From Leptospira biflexa (GTDB lineage Bacteria > Spirochaetota > Leptospiria > Turneriellales > DYLW01), in the NCBI GenBank assembly GCA_020721865.1, contig DYLW01000005.1, positions 23,091-87,090 of the forward strand: a stretch of 64,000 nucleotides of DNA, given 5' to 3'. This document shows, piece after piece, positions 27,815 through 36,536 of this stretch. Positions within the stretch are counted from its first letter, which is position 1; each line of letters starts with the position of its first letter. Under the pieces are notes generated by a model. That model was not told the DNA's origin. It made no database searches and saw nothing but the letters and a program-made list of their open reading frames with translations. Position numbers and translations under genes: made by a program.

Positions 27815-29177
27815 TTTCTGCGATTTTTTGATTTAGAATAGCTTTGCGGGTTTCAGCGATCTCAGTGAACTCATCGCCAAAAAAGTTTTTTGGCCAGTTC
27901 TTTATTTCTCCGTATTCCGATAACTCAAGTTGTTCTAATTTTGAAACGCCATTGGGTTTTTCAATGAAAAAGAGTGAAATTTTTTCGGGTGCCAGCGTTT
28001 TTTCGGCGAGTCTCCTTTGTAATCTTCGCAGGAGATGTTCACTATGGCTCTCGACCACAACCTGAATTTTTCTCATTTCTACTGCACTGATAATCACGTC
28101 CGCCAGACCACTTTGAACGGACGGATGCAAATGGATCTCCGGCTGTTCCAAAAGCAGGATGGACCCTTCGGGAACATAGAAGAGTTGTACTAAAACGGGT
28201 AATACCTGTGAGATACCAAACCCTGCATCAGTGATTAATACGTAATCATTTGAACCAGAAGTTTTTACTTTAACGCGATAAATATTGGTTCCCTGGCTGA
28301 TTGCTTCTACCTTAAAATCAACAATAAGAGATAATTCTTTAAGCCAGTGAGCTATGTATTCCGAAAAGATTTTTTTCTTCTTTCCGCGTCCAGTTCCTAT
28401 AGATAGCTTCTGGTTTGCTGCATCTGCGGCGAGAATGGCATCGACAACTCTTTCTCCCCTTCTGCCCACACCGGTGGGTCTTGCCCCTCCCCAGATATAT
28501 TGTCGCCTGGGGTAATCACGCAATGGACCCAAATGGTATATTTTATCGATGAGCTTTTCGTATTGCAATTCAATATCGGCAAGGAAGGACGCATTTTGAA
28601 AGTAGGTACGTGCCTGGTCAGGGAAAGCATAGGATTTCTGCGGTCCGGGAAGGCTCCATGGCCGTCCAGGATTGCGGATGAATGAAAAAGTCTTGTTTCC
28701 ATCTCCCAAATAATCCAGCTTGTATTCTTCATTTTTTTCAATACGCATAGAAAAGATGTCCTTCTCCAGGCTGTATTGAATTTCTGTACATAAAATCTTT
28801 TTCTCTGATTCCTGTACTCTGGCTTTCAATGCAAAATCTTTTCCGTGGAACAAATTGTTTTCTCCTTCATCCGATGGATTAGTGATACTTACTTCTTCAT
28901 CACTGGCCCAGTGTATTTCCCATGACAAAAAATCATCCTGGTTGGATTTGTGCTTTACTTCGGAAAAGGAACCGAGATTAACATATTTATCGGAATCACC
29001 AAAATCCAAGACAATACTTCTGTCTGTCGTTTCTTTGGTTTGCTTCAGAAGAAGCAGGAAATGAAGAATGGCACTTTTCCCCGAACTGTTGACGCCAAAT
29101 AAGCCGGATATTGGAGCTAAATCCAGATCTAATTCAGCCCATGATTTGAAATTTCGTATTGAAATTTTTTGAATCAT
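27804..29177 (-). CDS. ABC-type/OLD-family-like ATPase (AAA_15/AAA_21-like with DUF3696-like C-terminal domain)
   Basis: 457 aa. N-terminus MIQKISIRNFKSW..., Walker A GVNSSGKS (K34), signature-like DAGFGISQVLPVL, Walker B region ILLLEQPEIHLHP, H-loop VVVESHSEHLL, and C-terminal EYGEIKNWPKNFFGDEF. Family names are from memory and not confirmed by HMM. Confidence 0.7.
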   Translation of the reverse strand: MIQKISIRNFKSWAELDLDLAPISGLFGVNSSGKSAILHFLLLLKQTKETTDRSIVLDFGDSDKYVNLGSFSEVKHKSNQDDFLSWEIHWASDEEVSITNPSDEGENNLFHGKDFALKARVQESEKKILCTEIQYSLEKDIFSMRIEKNEEYKLDYLGDGNKTFSFIRNPGRPWSLPGPQKSYAFPDQARTYFQNASFLADIELQYEKLIDKIYHLGPLRDYPRRQYIWGGARPTGVGRRGERVVDAILAADAANQKLSIGTGRGKKKKIFSEYIAHWLKELSLIVDFKVEAISQGTNIYRVKVKTSGSNDYVLITDAGFGISQVLPVLVQLFYVPEGSILLLEQPEIHLHPSVQSGLADVIISAVEMRKIQVVVESHSEHLLRRLQRRLAEKTLAPEKISLFFIEKPNGVSKLEQLELSEYGEIKNWPKNFFGDEFTEIAETRKAILNQKIAENDK

Positions 29178-29319
29178 ACGTCAATGGAGGAAATAAAACG
29201 CAGCTGTACATTCATTTTTTATGTGGATCATTTGTACTCCAGATCCAAAATGGCCTCCAAACCGTTTTATCCAAATAAAAAAAAAGTTGGCAGCGGGTTT
29301 TAAAGAATAAGATTGAATT

Positions 29320-30855
29320 ATGCTAAAGAAAATTGAACCGAAGGATACAGAAATAAAAAAATTACTGGTTTATCCGGAGAACAAAACGAAATTCCGGGTG
29401 GAAGCTGCGGAAGATAAAAAAATATTTTCCGTCAAAATGTACCTGCAGGAATCCGTAAAGAAAAAATACCTGGAAGAACATCCTCATTTTGCCGCAAAAG
29501 CCATGGAAGAAATTTTTTCCACCGGGGCATTTCATCTGGGGTTGGGATTGGAGAAAGATCTGGATGCGGACAGGCTGGCGGAAGCCTTTACCCGGGTTTT
29601 TTCCCGCTTGAAGAATTACCAGGAAAAAATTCAGATCATTTTACCGGAGAAATTAACCTCAATTTTTTCTATCCCGGATATTGTGAACATCGCGATTACC
29701 TCCGCTGGGATGCAGACCTATTCTGTGGCTTTACTGAAAAGCCCACGGAAAGCGGACGCACAATCCGGGAAGGATGAGAAGGAGTCCAAAGAACCGGAGT
29801 CACGGTTAAAAGAGATTACATTTGTTGCGGGGAATAAAACGGAATGGAATAATGCCATAAATAATTTTTCCCCTCTGGTTCCCCATATCAATGGTATGCG
29901 GCAGGTGCAGGCATTGCCGGGGAATTATCTCACCCCCATGGTCATGGAAAAACGGGCACGGGAAATGGCCGCAAAATTTGGTCTGAAGATATCTGTCTAT
30001 GGACAAAAAGATCTGGAGAAAATGCAGGCCGGTGGAATCCTGGCGGTTTCCCAGGGTTCGGAACGAGAGCCACGGATGATTGTACTGGAATATAATCCCG
30101 CGGGGGCATCCTCCACCCTGGCTCTGGTGGGGAAAGGGGTTACCTTTGATACTGGGGGAATATCCATTAAACCCTCATCTGATATGCATGAAATGAAATA
30201 CGATATGTCCGGGGCGGCTCTGGCTTTACATGCCATTGCGGCCATTGCGGAGAAAAAACTGCCGCTTAAAGTGGTAGCTTCCCTGGGAATGGTGGAGAAC
30301 ATGCCGGATGGAGCTGCTTTCAAGCCCGGCGATGTGTACCATTCCTATAAAGGTCTCACCATTGAAGTCCAGAATACGGATGCAGAAGGTCGTCTGGTTT
30401 TGGGGGATCTTCTGGCATACACAGAGAAAAAATACAAACCAGATTATATGATTAATTTTGCCACGCTCACCGGGGCCATTGTGGTTGCCCTGGGGCCATA
30501 CTACGCCGGGCTGTTTTCCAATTCCGATGAATGGAAAGATATGATTGTGGATGCCGCACGGGATACCCTGGAGCCGGTCTGGCCCATGCCCGTGGGCAGG
30601 CAGAACCGGGAGGAATTAAAATCGGACATTGCGGATTATAATAACATCGGTGGCTCGCGGTATGGGGGAAGCTCATCGGCGGCGGCGTTTTTATCCCTGT
30701 TCGTGGAAAAAACAACCCGGTGGGCACATCTGGATATTGCCGGAATTGGATTTGTGAAAAAAGGGTTTAATGTATATCCCAAAGGCGGTACTGGTTACGG
30801 CATCCGGCTGGTGACAAGGCTTGCGGAAATAATATCGGCCAAGGGAAAAAAATGA
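29320..30855 (+). CDS. pepA: Leucyl aminopeptidase (M17)
   Basis: 511 aa. VGKGVTFDTGGISIKP and the M17 signature NTDAEGRLVLGD. Confidence 0.92.
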   Translation: MLKKIEPKDTEIKKLLVYPENKTKFRVEAAEDKKIFSVKMYLQESVKKKYLEEHPHFAAKAMEEIFSTGAFHLGLGLEKDLDADRLAEAFTRVFSRLKNYQEKIQIILPEKLTSIFSIPDIVNIAITSAGMQTYSVALLKSPRKADAQSGKDEKESKEPESRLKEITFVAGNKTEWNNAINNFSPLVPHINGMRQVQALPGNYLTPMVMEKRAREMAAKFGLKISVYGQKDLEKMQAGGILAVSQGSEREPRMIVLEYNPAGASSTLALVGKGVTFDTGGISIKPSSDMHEMKYDMSGAALALHAIAAIAEKKLPLKVVASLGMVENMPDGAAFKPGDVYHSYKGLTIEVQNTDAEGRLVLGDLLAYTEKKYKPDYMINFATLTGAIVVALGPYYAGLFSNSDEWKDMIVDAARDTLEPVWPMPVGRQNREELKSDIADYNNIGGSRYGGSSSAAAFLSLFVEKTTRWAHLDIAGIGFVKKGFNVYPKGGTGYGIRLVTRLAEIISAKGKK

Positions 30856-31742
30856 CAAATCTTCCCAAAATTAATTTTGGGGTGATTGGCGGAACCGGGG
30901 TGTATGGCTTTGACGGTCTGGAAGTGGTGGAGAGCATCTTTCCGGACACCCCCTGGGGAAAGCCATCCGATGAGATCACAATCACCCGGTTTAAGGATGG
31001 GGGCAAAGAATTGTTCACTGCCTTTTTGCCCCGCCATGGCCGGGGACATTTTCTTTTGCCCACGGAGGTGCCAAGCAAAGCCAATATGGCCGCACTCAAA
31101 ATGCTGGGGGTGGAAGATGTTCTGGCGTTTTCTTCTGTGGGTTCTCTTAAGGAAGAATTGAAACCCAACGATTTTGTGATTCCGGACCAGATTATTGACC
31201 GGACCCGCCACCGTCAGGAAACCTATTTTGGAGAGGGGGTGGTGGGACATGTTTCCTTTGGAGATCCGTTCTGCGGTGCCATGACCGGCATTTTGGAAGT
31301 GGCGTTGAAAAAAACCTCGATACCATGGCACAAAGGGGAAACCGCCGTCTGCATGGAGGGGCCTCCCTTTTCCACCCGTGCGGAATCCCGGCTTTATCGT
31401 TCCTGGGGTGCGGGAATTATCAATATGACTGTCCTTCCGGAAGCGAAACTGGCAAGGGAGCTGGAGATTTGCTACCAGATGGTGATGATGGTGACAGACT
31501 ATGATTCCTGGCGGGAATCGGAAGGATCGGTGAGCGTGGATGAAGTCATGAAAGTGGTGAAAAGAAACAAGGAGCACGCGGATGTTCTGTTGCTGGAGGT
31601 ATTAAAAATGATGACCCAGATGAGTCCTTTGAAGGCGGAAGAAAAAAACGCTGTTCGATTTGCGATCATGACTGCCCCGGAGAAACGGAATCCGGAAACA
31701 GTGAAAAAACTGGCCACGGTATTACCGGGGTATTTTTCCTAA
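30852..31742 (+). CDS. mtnP: S-methyl-5'-thioadenosine phosphorylase
   Basis: 296 aa. FGVIGGTGVY, FLPRHGRGH, and NMTVLPEAKLARELEICY. It overlaps the pepA stop by 4 nt. Confidence 0.88.
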   Translation: MTNLPKINFGVIGGTGVYGFDGLEVVESIFPDTPWGKPSDEITITRFKDGGKELFTAFLPRHGRGHFLLPTEVPSKANMAALKMLGVEDVLAFSSVGSLKEELKPNDFVIPDQIIDRTRHRQETYFGEGVVGHVSFGDPFCGAMTGILEVALKKTSIPWHKGETAVCMEGPPFSTRAESRLYRSWGAGIINMTVLPEAKLARELEICYQMVMMVTDYDSWRESEGSVSVDEVMKVVKRNKEHADVLLLEVLKMMTQMSPLKAEEKNAVRFAIMTAPEKRNPETVKKLATVLPGYFS

Positions 31743-31743
31743 C

Positions 31744-32532
31744 GTGATTTCCTTTTTTCAGAAAACCGGTGAGTCCTTTATTTCCATGCTGGAAAATATC
31801 GGATCGTTTACCATTTTTACCGTAGCCACCATCCGATGGGTTTTTGCCCGTCCCTTTGATTACCGGGCTCTTGTCTATCAAATGAATGAAATTGGGGTGA
31901 AGTCCATTCCAGTGGGGGCGGTATCCACTTTTTTTGTGGGGATGGTGATGGCACTCCAGATGGGCGGGCCGATGGAAGAGCAGATACAGGGTATTTCCAC
32001 GTACATGGGGGGCGGTATCTCCCTGGCCATGGTGCGGGAACTGGCACCGGTGCTCACGGCGGTGCTTCTGGCAGGACGGGTGGGCAGTTCCATCGCGGCG
32101 GAAGTGGGAACCATGAAGGTGACGGAACAGATTGACGCCCTGAGCACTCTGGCCACCAACCCCATCCATTATCTCTCCGTACCGCGTTTTCTGGCCGGGG
32201 TGATCAGTCTGCCCCTCATTTCTGTTTTGTCCATTGTTCTGGGGGTGATGGGCGGGGCGATTATTTCTTATATAAGTCTGGATATTCCGTTTGAGGTGTA
32301 TTTTGATAATGCCCGTGGTCTGGTGCAGGTGCGGGATCTGATTTCCGGAATTACCAAAACAGTATTCTTTGGGGCGGAGATTTCCCTTATTTCCTGTTTC
32401 ACCGGATTCCGGGCTAAAGGTGGTGCGGAGGGAGTGGGGCAGGCCACCATTGCCGCCGTGGTGAATTCTTTTATGGTGATCATCATCTCCGATTATTTTT
32501 TAACTTATATTTTTCAATTGTTTGGTATGTGA
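31744..32532 (+). CDS. mlaE: MlaE-family ABC transporter permease
   Basis: 262 aa with a GTG start. IGVKSIPVGAVSTFFVGMVMALQ and ALSTLATNPIHYL are typical of MlaE/Ttg2B. Confidence 0.85.
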   Translation: MISFFQKTGESFISMLENIGSFTIFTVATIRWVFARPFDYRALVYQMNEIGVKSIPVGAVSTFFVGMVMALQMGGPMEEQIQGISTYMGGGISLAMVRELAPVLTAVLLAGRVGSSIAAEVGTMKVTEQIDALSTLATNPIHYLSVPRFLAGVISLPLISVLSIVLGVMGGAIISYISLDIPFEVYFDNARGLVQVRDLISGITKTVFFGAEISLISCFTGFRAKGGAEGVGQATIAAVVNSFMVIIISDYFLTYIFQLFGM

Positions 32533-33287
32533 TGGAACCGGTTATCTCCATAAAAAATGTGCACAAACGATTCGGCTCCAAGGTGGTTCTGGATGGAGTG
32601 TCCCTGGATATTTATCCGGGAGAGATTTTATATATCATTGGAAAATCCGGAACGGGCAAATCTGTCATGCTCAAAAACATCACCGGTCTGATGAAACCGG
32701 ACAAGGGAGAGATCACCATCCAAGGTAAAAATATTCTGGAAATGGATGAAAAAGAATGGTCAGAACTTCGCAAGAAAATGGGGGTTTTATTCCAGATGGC
32801 CGCCCTTTTTGACAGCCTGAGTGTTTTTGACAACGTGGCCTTTACCTTAAAACGGTTTACGAATAAAAACATCGATGAGATACGGGAAATTGTCCGGGAG
32901 AAATTAAGACTGGTGGGTTTATCCGGAGTGGAAGAAATGCGGCCGGCATCCCTTTCCACCGGTATGCAGAAAAGAGTGGGGCTTGCGAGAGCCATTTCTC
33001 TGGATCCGGAAATTGTGCTTTACGATGAGCCCACCACGGGGGTGGATCCCATACTGGCCTCCGCTGTGGATGATATGATCAAAACCCTGAACGCAAAATT
33101 GAAAGTGACCAGCATTGTCATCAGCCATGATTTAAAATCAGTTTTCCGGACGGCACACCGGGTGGCCATGCTGTATAATGGTAGTTTTGTTCTGGTGGGA
33201 ACTCCGGAGGAATTTCTAAATTCCCAGGATCCGGTGGTACGGCAGTTTGTGGAAGGCCGGGCTCATGGTCCCATGGAGATACTGTAA
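32529..33287 (+). CDS. mlaF: MlaF-type ABC transporter ATP-binding protein
   Basis: Walker A GKSGTGKS, signature LSTGMQKRVGLARA, and Walker B VLYDEPT. Confidence 0.9.
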   Translation: MMEPVISIKNVHKRFGSKVVLDGVSLDIYPGEILYIIGKSGTGKSVMLKNITGLMKPDKGEITIQGKNILEMDEKEWSELRKKMGVLFQMAALFDSLSVFDNVAFTLKRFTNKNIDEIREIVREKLRLVGLSGVEEMRPASLSTGMQKRVGLARAISLDPEIVLYDEPTTGVDPILASAVDDMIKTLNAKLKVTSIVISHDLKSVFRTAHRVAMLYNGSFVLVGTPEEFLNSQDPVVRQFVEGRAHGPMEIL

Positions 33288-33314
33288 AGAAAAATGTCAT
33301 AAACGGGAGAGAAA

Positions 33315-34205
33315 ATGGAACATACAGGAAGAAATGCGGTAATTGTGGGGATATTCGTGGTGGTATCTACGGCCATTTTTATCATTATGCTGGCGGTTCT
33401 GGCCAAATGGCAGATGGGTCAGGAAGGTTTCAAAATTGATGTTCATTTTAAATTTTTGAATAATTTGACAGAAGGAGCTCCTGTGCGGATTTCTGGAGGT
33501 ATTCCCGTGGGTTATGTGGAAAAAATATACCAGAAAGATTTAAAGACCTATGTGACTTTATATCTAAACGAGGAACTACGTAATAAAATTCCTAATCGGC
33601 CAGAAACCCAGTTTTCCATTTATACCACCGGTATGATGGGGCAGAAGTATATAAATATCAATATACCCATTGCGGAGAGCGGGGATCCCATGATCCAGCC
33701 GGGGGAAACCATTGAAGGGATCAATCCGCCTTCCGTGGACGAGATGATGATGGCTTTTTCCAGTTGGTTTGACGGGAAAAACGGCGGGCAGGTTCTGGCG
33801 GAAATCATGAAGGAAACCCAGATGTTTATCTCCAATCTAAACGCGATCATTGGGGAGAACAGGAGCGATATCCGCCTCACCATCAAAACTGCACGGGAAT
33901 CTTTTGAAGAATTATCCGGCCAATTGAACAGCCTCATGACGAGGTTGAATATTGTTTCAGAAAATTTTTCCGATATATCCCGCCAGAATAAAAAAGACAT
34001 CCAGTTTCTGATCACCAATCTTTCCGTGATTTCCCGGGATCTATCCATCATCACCCAGCGGATCAATACCGGTAGAGGTTCGGTGGGGAAATTTGTGAAT
34101 GATGATGCCATTTACACAAATGTGAACGAGACCGTGGTCCATGCAAAAGAATTGTTCCAGTTGCTGAAGAAAAAGCCATATCTGATCATGTATAAGGAAG
34201 AATAA
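33315..34205 (+). CDS. MlaD/MCE-domain protein, copy 1
   Basis: 296 aa with an N-terminal TM helix. The MCE core is FKFLNNLTEGAPVRISGGIPVGYVEKI, and the C-terminus is a helical extension. Confidence 0.8.
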   Translation: MEHTGRNAVIVGIFVVVSTAIFIIMLAVLAKWQMGQEGFKIDVHFKFLNNLTEGAPVRISGGIPVGYVEKIYQKDLKTYVTLYLNEELRNKIPNRPETQFSIYTTGMMGQKYININIPIAESGDPMIQPGETIEGINPPSVDEMMMAFSSWFDGKNGGQVLAEIMKETQMFISNLNAIIGENRSDIRLTIKTARESFEELSGQLNSLMTRLNIVSENFSDISRQNKKDIQFLITNLSVISRDLSIITQRINTGRGSVGKFVNDDAIYTNVNETVVHAKELFQLLKKKPYLIMYKEE

Positions 34206-34209
34206 GGAA

Positions 34210-35097
34210 ATGGAGGAACGCAGAGCGTCCCTTTGGGCGGGTACCGCTGTGGTATCTTCATTGGTATTATTGCTGGTTATTCTGAATGTATATGTGAACT
34301 GGAAATCCTCCTCCGATGGGTTTCTGATTCATTTAAAATTCAATTTTCTCAACGGGGTCACCATTGGCTCCCCGGTCAAATTATCCGGAGGCAGGAATAT
34401 CGGCAAGGTCTATGATATGTACCAGAAAAATCTCCAGACTTTTCTGGTGCTCAAATTGGGAAATGAGATGCAGGGAAAAATTCCTGCCAATGACGATACC
34501 AAATTTGCCATTTTCTCTACCAGCCTTTTTGGGCAGAAATATATCAATCTGGAAATGAATCCTGCCCGCCCGGGTGAAAAAGTCTTGGGTCATAACGATG
34601 TTTTTACCGGCGTGGATCCTCCCTCTATCGACGCGATGCTCACATCCCTATCCTATTGGTTTGAGGGCAAGTCAGAAGAGGAGGTCATCGCGGGCATGCA
34701 CGATAAAATGAATCTTCTGAGCGTGCTCTTTGCTTCCATGATGCAGGAAAACCGGGAGGATGTGAATTACATTGCCGGGGTACTGAAGGTATACTATGAT
34801 AACTTGGGCCCCAAACTGAAAATCATTGAGACCCGTCTGGAAGAATCTTCCCAGGTGATTAAAGGGGTTTCCAGAGAAGATATGATGGCCATCTCCCGGA
34901 ATATGGAGACCATCGTGGCCAATTATGATTCCATACAGGCCGCCGTCCGAATGCAGAAAGGATCCGCCGGAAAAATCCTGTCCGATAAAAAAATCAAAAA
35001 AAATATGAATGAAGCGGTCCGCTATTCCAAAGAATTTATCCAGTGCATCAATGAGCATCCCCTGGTGCTGGTGTATCGGGAATCCTGTCCGGAATAG
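34210..35097 (+). CDS. MlaD/MCE-domain protein, copy 2 (paralogue of the preceding gene)
   Basis: 295 aa with the same architecture. FNFLNGVTIGSPVKLSGGRNIGKVYDM aligns by eye with copy 1. Confidence 0.8.
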   Translation: MEERRASLWAGTAVVSSLVLLLVILNVYVNWKSSSDGFLIHLKFNFLNGVTIGSPVKLSGGRNIGKVYDMYQKNLQTFLVLKLGNEMQGKIPANDDTKFAIFSTSLFGQKYINLEMNPARPGEKVLGHNDVFTGVDPPSIDAMLTSLSYWFEGKSEEEVIAGMHDKMNLLSVLFASMMQENREDVNYIAGVLKVYYDNLGPKLKIIETRLEESSQVIKGVSREDMMAISRNMETIVANYDSIQAAVRMQKGSAGKILSDKKIKKNMNEAVRYSKEFIQCINEHPLVLVYRESCPE

Positions 35098-35145
35098 TTC
35101 AATTTTATTACTTTTCCTTTCTGTTGTTTTTCCGATATTACCATT

Positions 35146-35583
35146 ATGCTGACTGGTAAAACTTTTTGGGATGATACTGCATATATGCTGGAAAAAGCCA
35201 TGGATGTGTCCGTTCTGCGCAGAAAGGTCATTGCGGATAATATAGCCAATGTGGATGTACCACATTTTAAGCGTAGTGAGGTCTCTTTTGAAGCACAGCT
35301 CCGTCGGGCATTGGATTCCCAGAAGGCCGTGGAAGAAAATGCCATACCCGCACGGGTAAACGATCCCCTGCATATTCCGTTTTTTAAAGGTATGGATTTG
35401 CATGATGTTGAGCCCAGAATGCACATGGACTATCTGTCCACGATGAGAAATGACGGCAACAATGTGGATATTGAACATGAAATTACAGAATCGGCCAAAA
35501 ACCAGCTCCGCTATGAAGCCCTCACCAGTGTGTATAATGGAGAATTAAAAACACTGAATGTGGTGCTGAGGCCGGGGAATTAA
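35146..35583 (+). CDS. flgB: Flagellar basal-body rod protein FlgB
   Basis: 145 aa. RRKVIADNIANVDVPHFKR, and a C-terminal rod motif. Confidence 0.88.
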   Translation: MLTGKTFWDDTAYMLEKAMDVSVLRRKVIADNIANVDVPHFKRSEVSFEAQLRRALDSQKAVEENAIPARVNDPLHIPFFKGMDLHDVEPRMHMDYLSTMRNDGNNVDIEHEITESAKNQLRYEALTSVYNGELKTLNVVLRPGN

Positions 35584-35602
35584 AAATTAAAGGAAGATAA
35601 GC

Positions 35603-36055
35603 ATGTTTGACGCCATCAATATAGCATCCACCGGATTAACAGCCCAGAGGCTGAAAATGGATGTGATATCCAATAATATTGCCAATGCCACCACCACCCG
35701 CTCCACGGAAGGGGATGGTCCCTACCGCCGGCGTCGGGTTATCATGCAGCCAGTGAATTTGCGTACCCGCTGGAAATCTCCGGTATATCCCCACGGAATC
35801 CGTCCCGGAGATGGTCAGGGTGTTCGGGTGGTGAAGGTGGAAAGAGATGAAAAAGAATTACGTCTGGTGTATGATCCCAGTCATCCGGATTCCATAAAAA
35901 TCGGTCCCAAGAAAGGCTATGTGGAATATCCCAATGTGGACATTGTGACAGAGATGGTGGACATGATTTCCGCCTCCCGTGCCTATGAAGCCAATGTGCA
36001 GTTGATCCAGGGAGATAAAAGAATGTTCCAGGCAGCCCTGATGATTGGACGATAA
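35603..36055 (+). CDS. flgC: Flagellar basal-body rod protein FlgC
   Basis: MFDAINIASTGLTAQRLKMDVISNNIANATTTRS and C-terminal SRAYEANVQLI. Confidence 0.92.
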   Translation: MFDAINIASTGLTAQRLKMDVISNNIANATTTRSTEGDGPYRRRRVIMQPVNLRTRWKSPVYPHGIRPGDGQGVRVVKVERDEKELRLVYDPSHPDSIKIGPKKGYVEYPNVDIVTEMVDMISASRAYEANVQLIQGDKRMFQAALMIGR

Positions 36056-36074
36056 TGACGATAATGACGATAAT
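36048..36074. repeat. Tandem 9-mer GACGATAAT x3 spanning the flgC stop codon
   Basis: Three perfect head-to-tail copies were read directly. The first copy contains the flgC TAA. Confidence 0.9.
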
Positions 36075-36124
36075 TTTATAAAAAATAGTTGACGTTTTAA
36101 AAACAAGTAGAAAAAGGAGAAACC

Positions 36125-36475
36125 ATGCAGATATCGTCATACATAAAGAGCGATTTGCTGTCGAACGCTGCCCTCAAAGGAGACATAATACCGGTGAAAA
36201 CCACCCAGGACAAACATTATTCCGGCAAAGAAATTCGGGAGCCGGATAACAGTCTGGGGAGTTTTGCCGGGGCTTTGATGAAGGCAGTGGAAAAGGTTAA
36301 CGATGACCAGATTCATTCCCAGGAACTCACCAGAAAAATGGTTGCGGATCCATCGTCTGTGAATATGCACAGTGTTATGATTTCACTGGAAAAAGCCAGG
36401 ATGTCCATAACATTCGCAAAGACAGTCACGGATCTGGGAGTGAGAGCGTATAACCAGTTGGTAAATATGAGATAA
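36125..36475 (+). CDS. fliE: Flagellar hook-basal body complex protein FliE
   Basis: 116 aa. SFAGALMKAVEKVNDDQ... and C-terminal EKARMSITFAKTVTDLGVRAYNQLVNM. Its position after flgC is also consistent. Confidence 0.85.
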   Translation: MQISSYIKSDLLSNAALKGDIIPVKTTQDKHYSGKEIREPDNSLGSFAGALMKAVEKVNDDQIHSQELTRKMVADPSSVNMHSVMISLEKARMSITFAKTVTDLGVRAYNQLVNMR

Positions 36476-36536
36476 AAGAATAAACACTGGAAATCGGGAA
36501 AGGGCGGGAACTTAAATATAAAAAAAGGAAAAAGGT

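Noticed and set aside
36048-36074. CRISPR array or minisatellite interpretation of the short tandem repeats (also 41643-41682)
   Set aside because: The units are directly adjacent with no spacers and occur in only 2-3 copies. These are simple slippage duplications, not CRISPR repeats.
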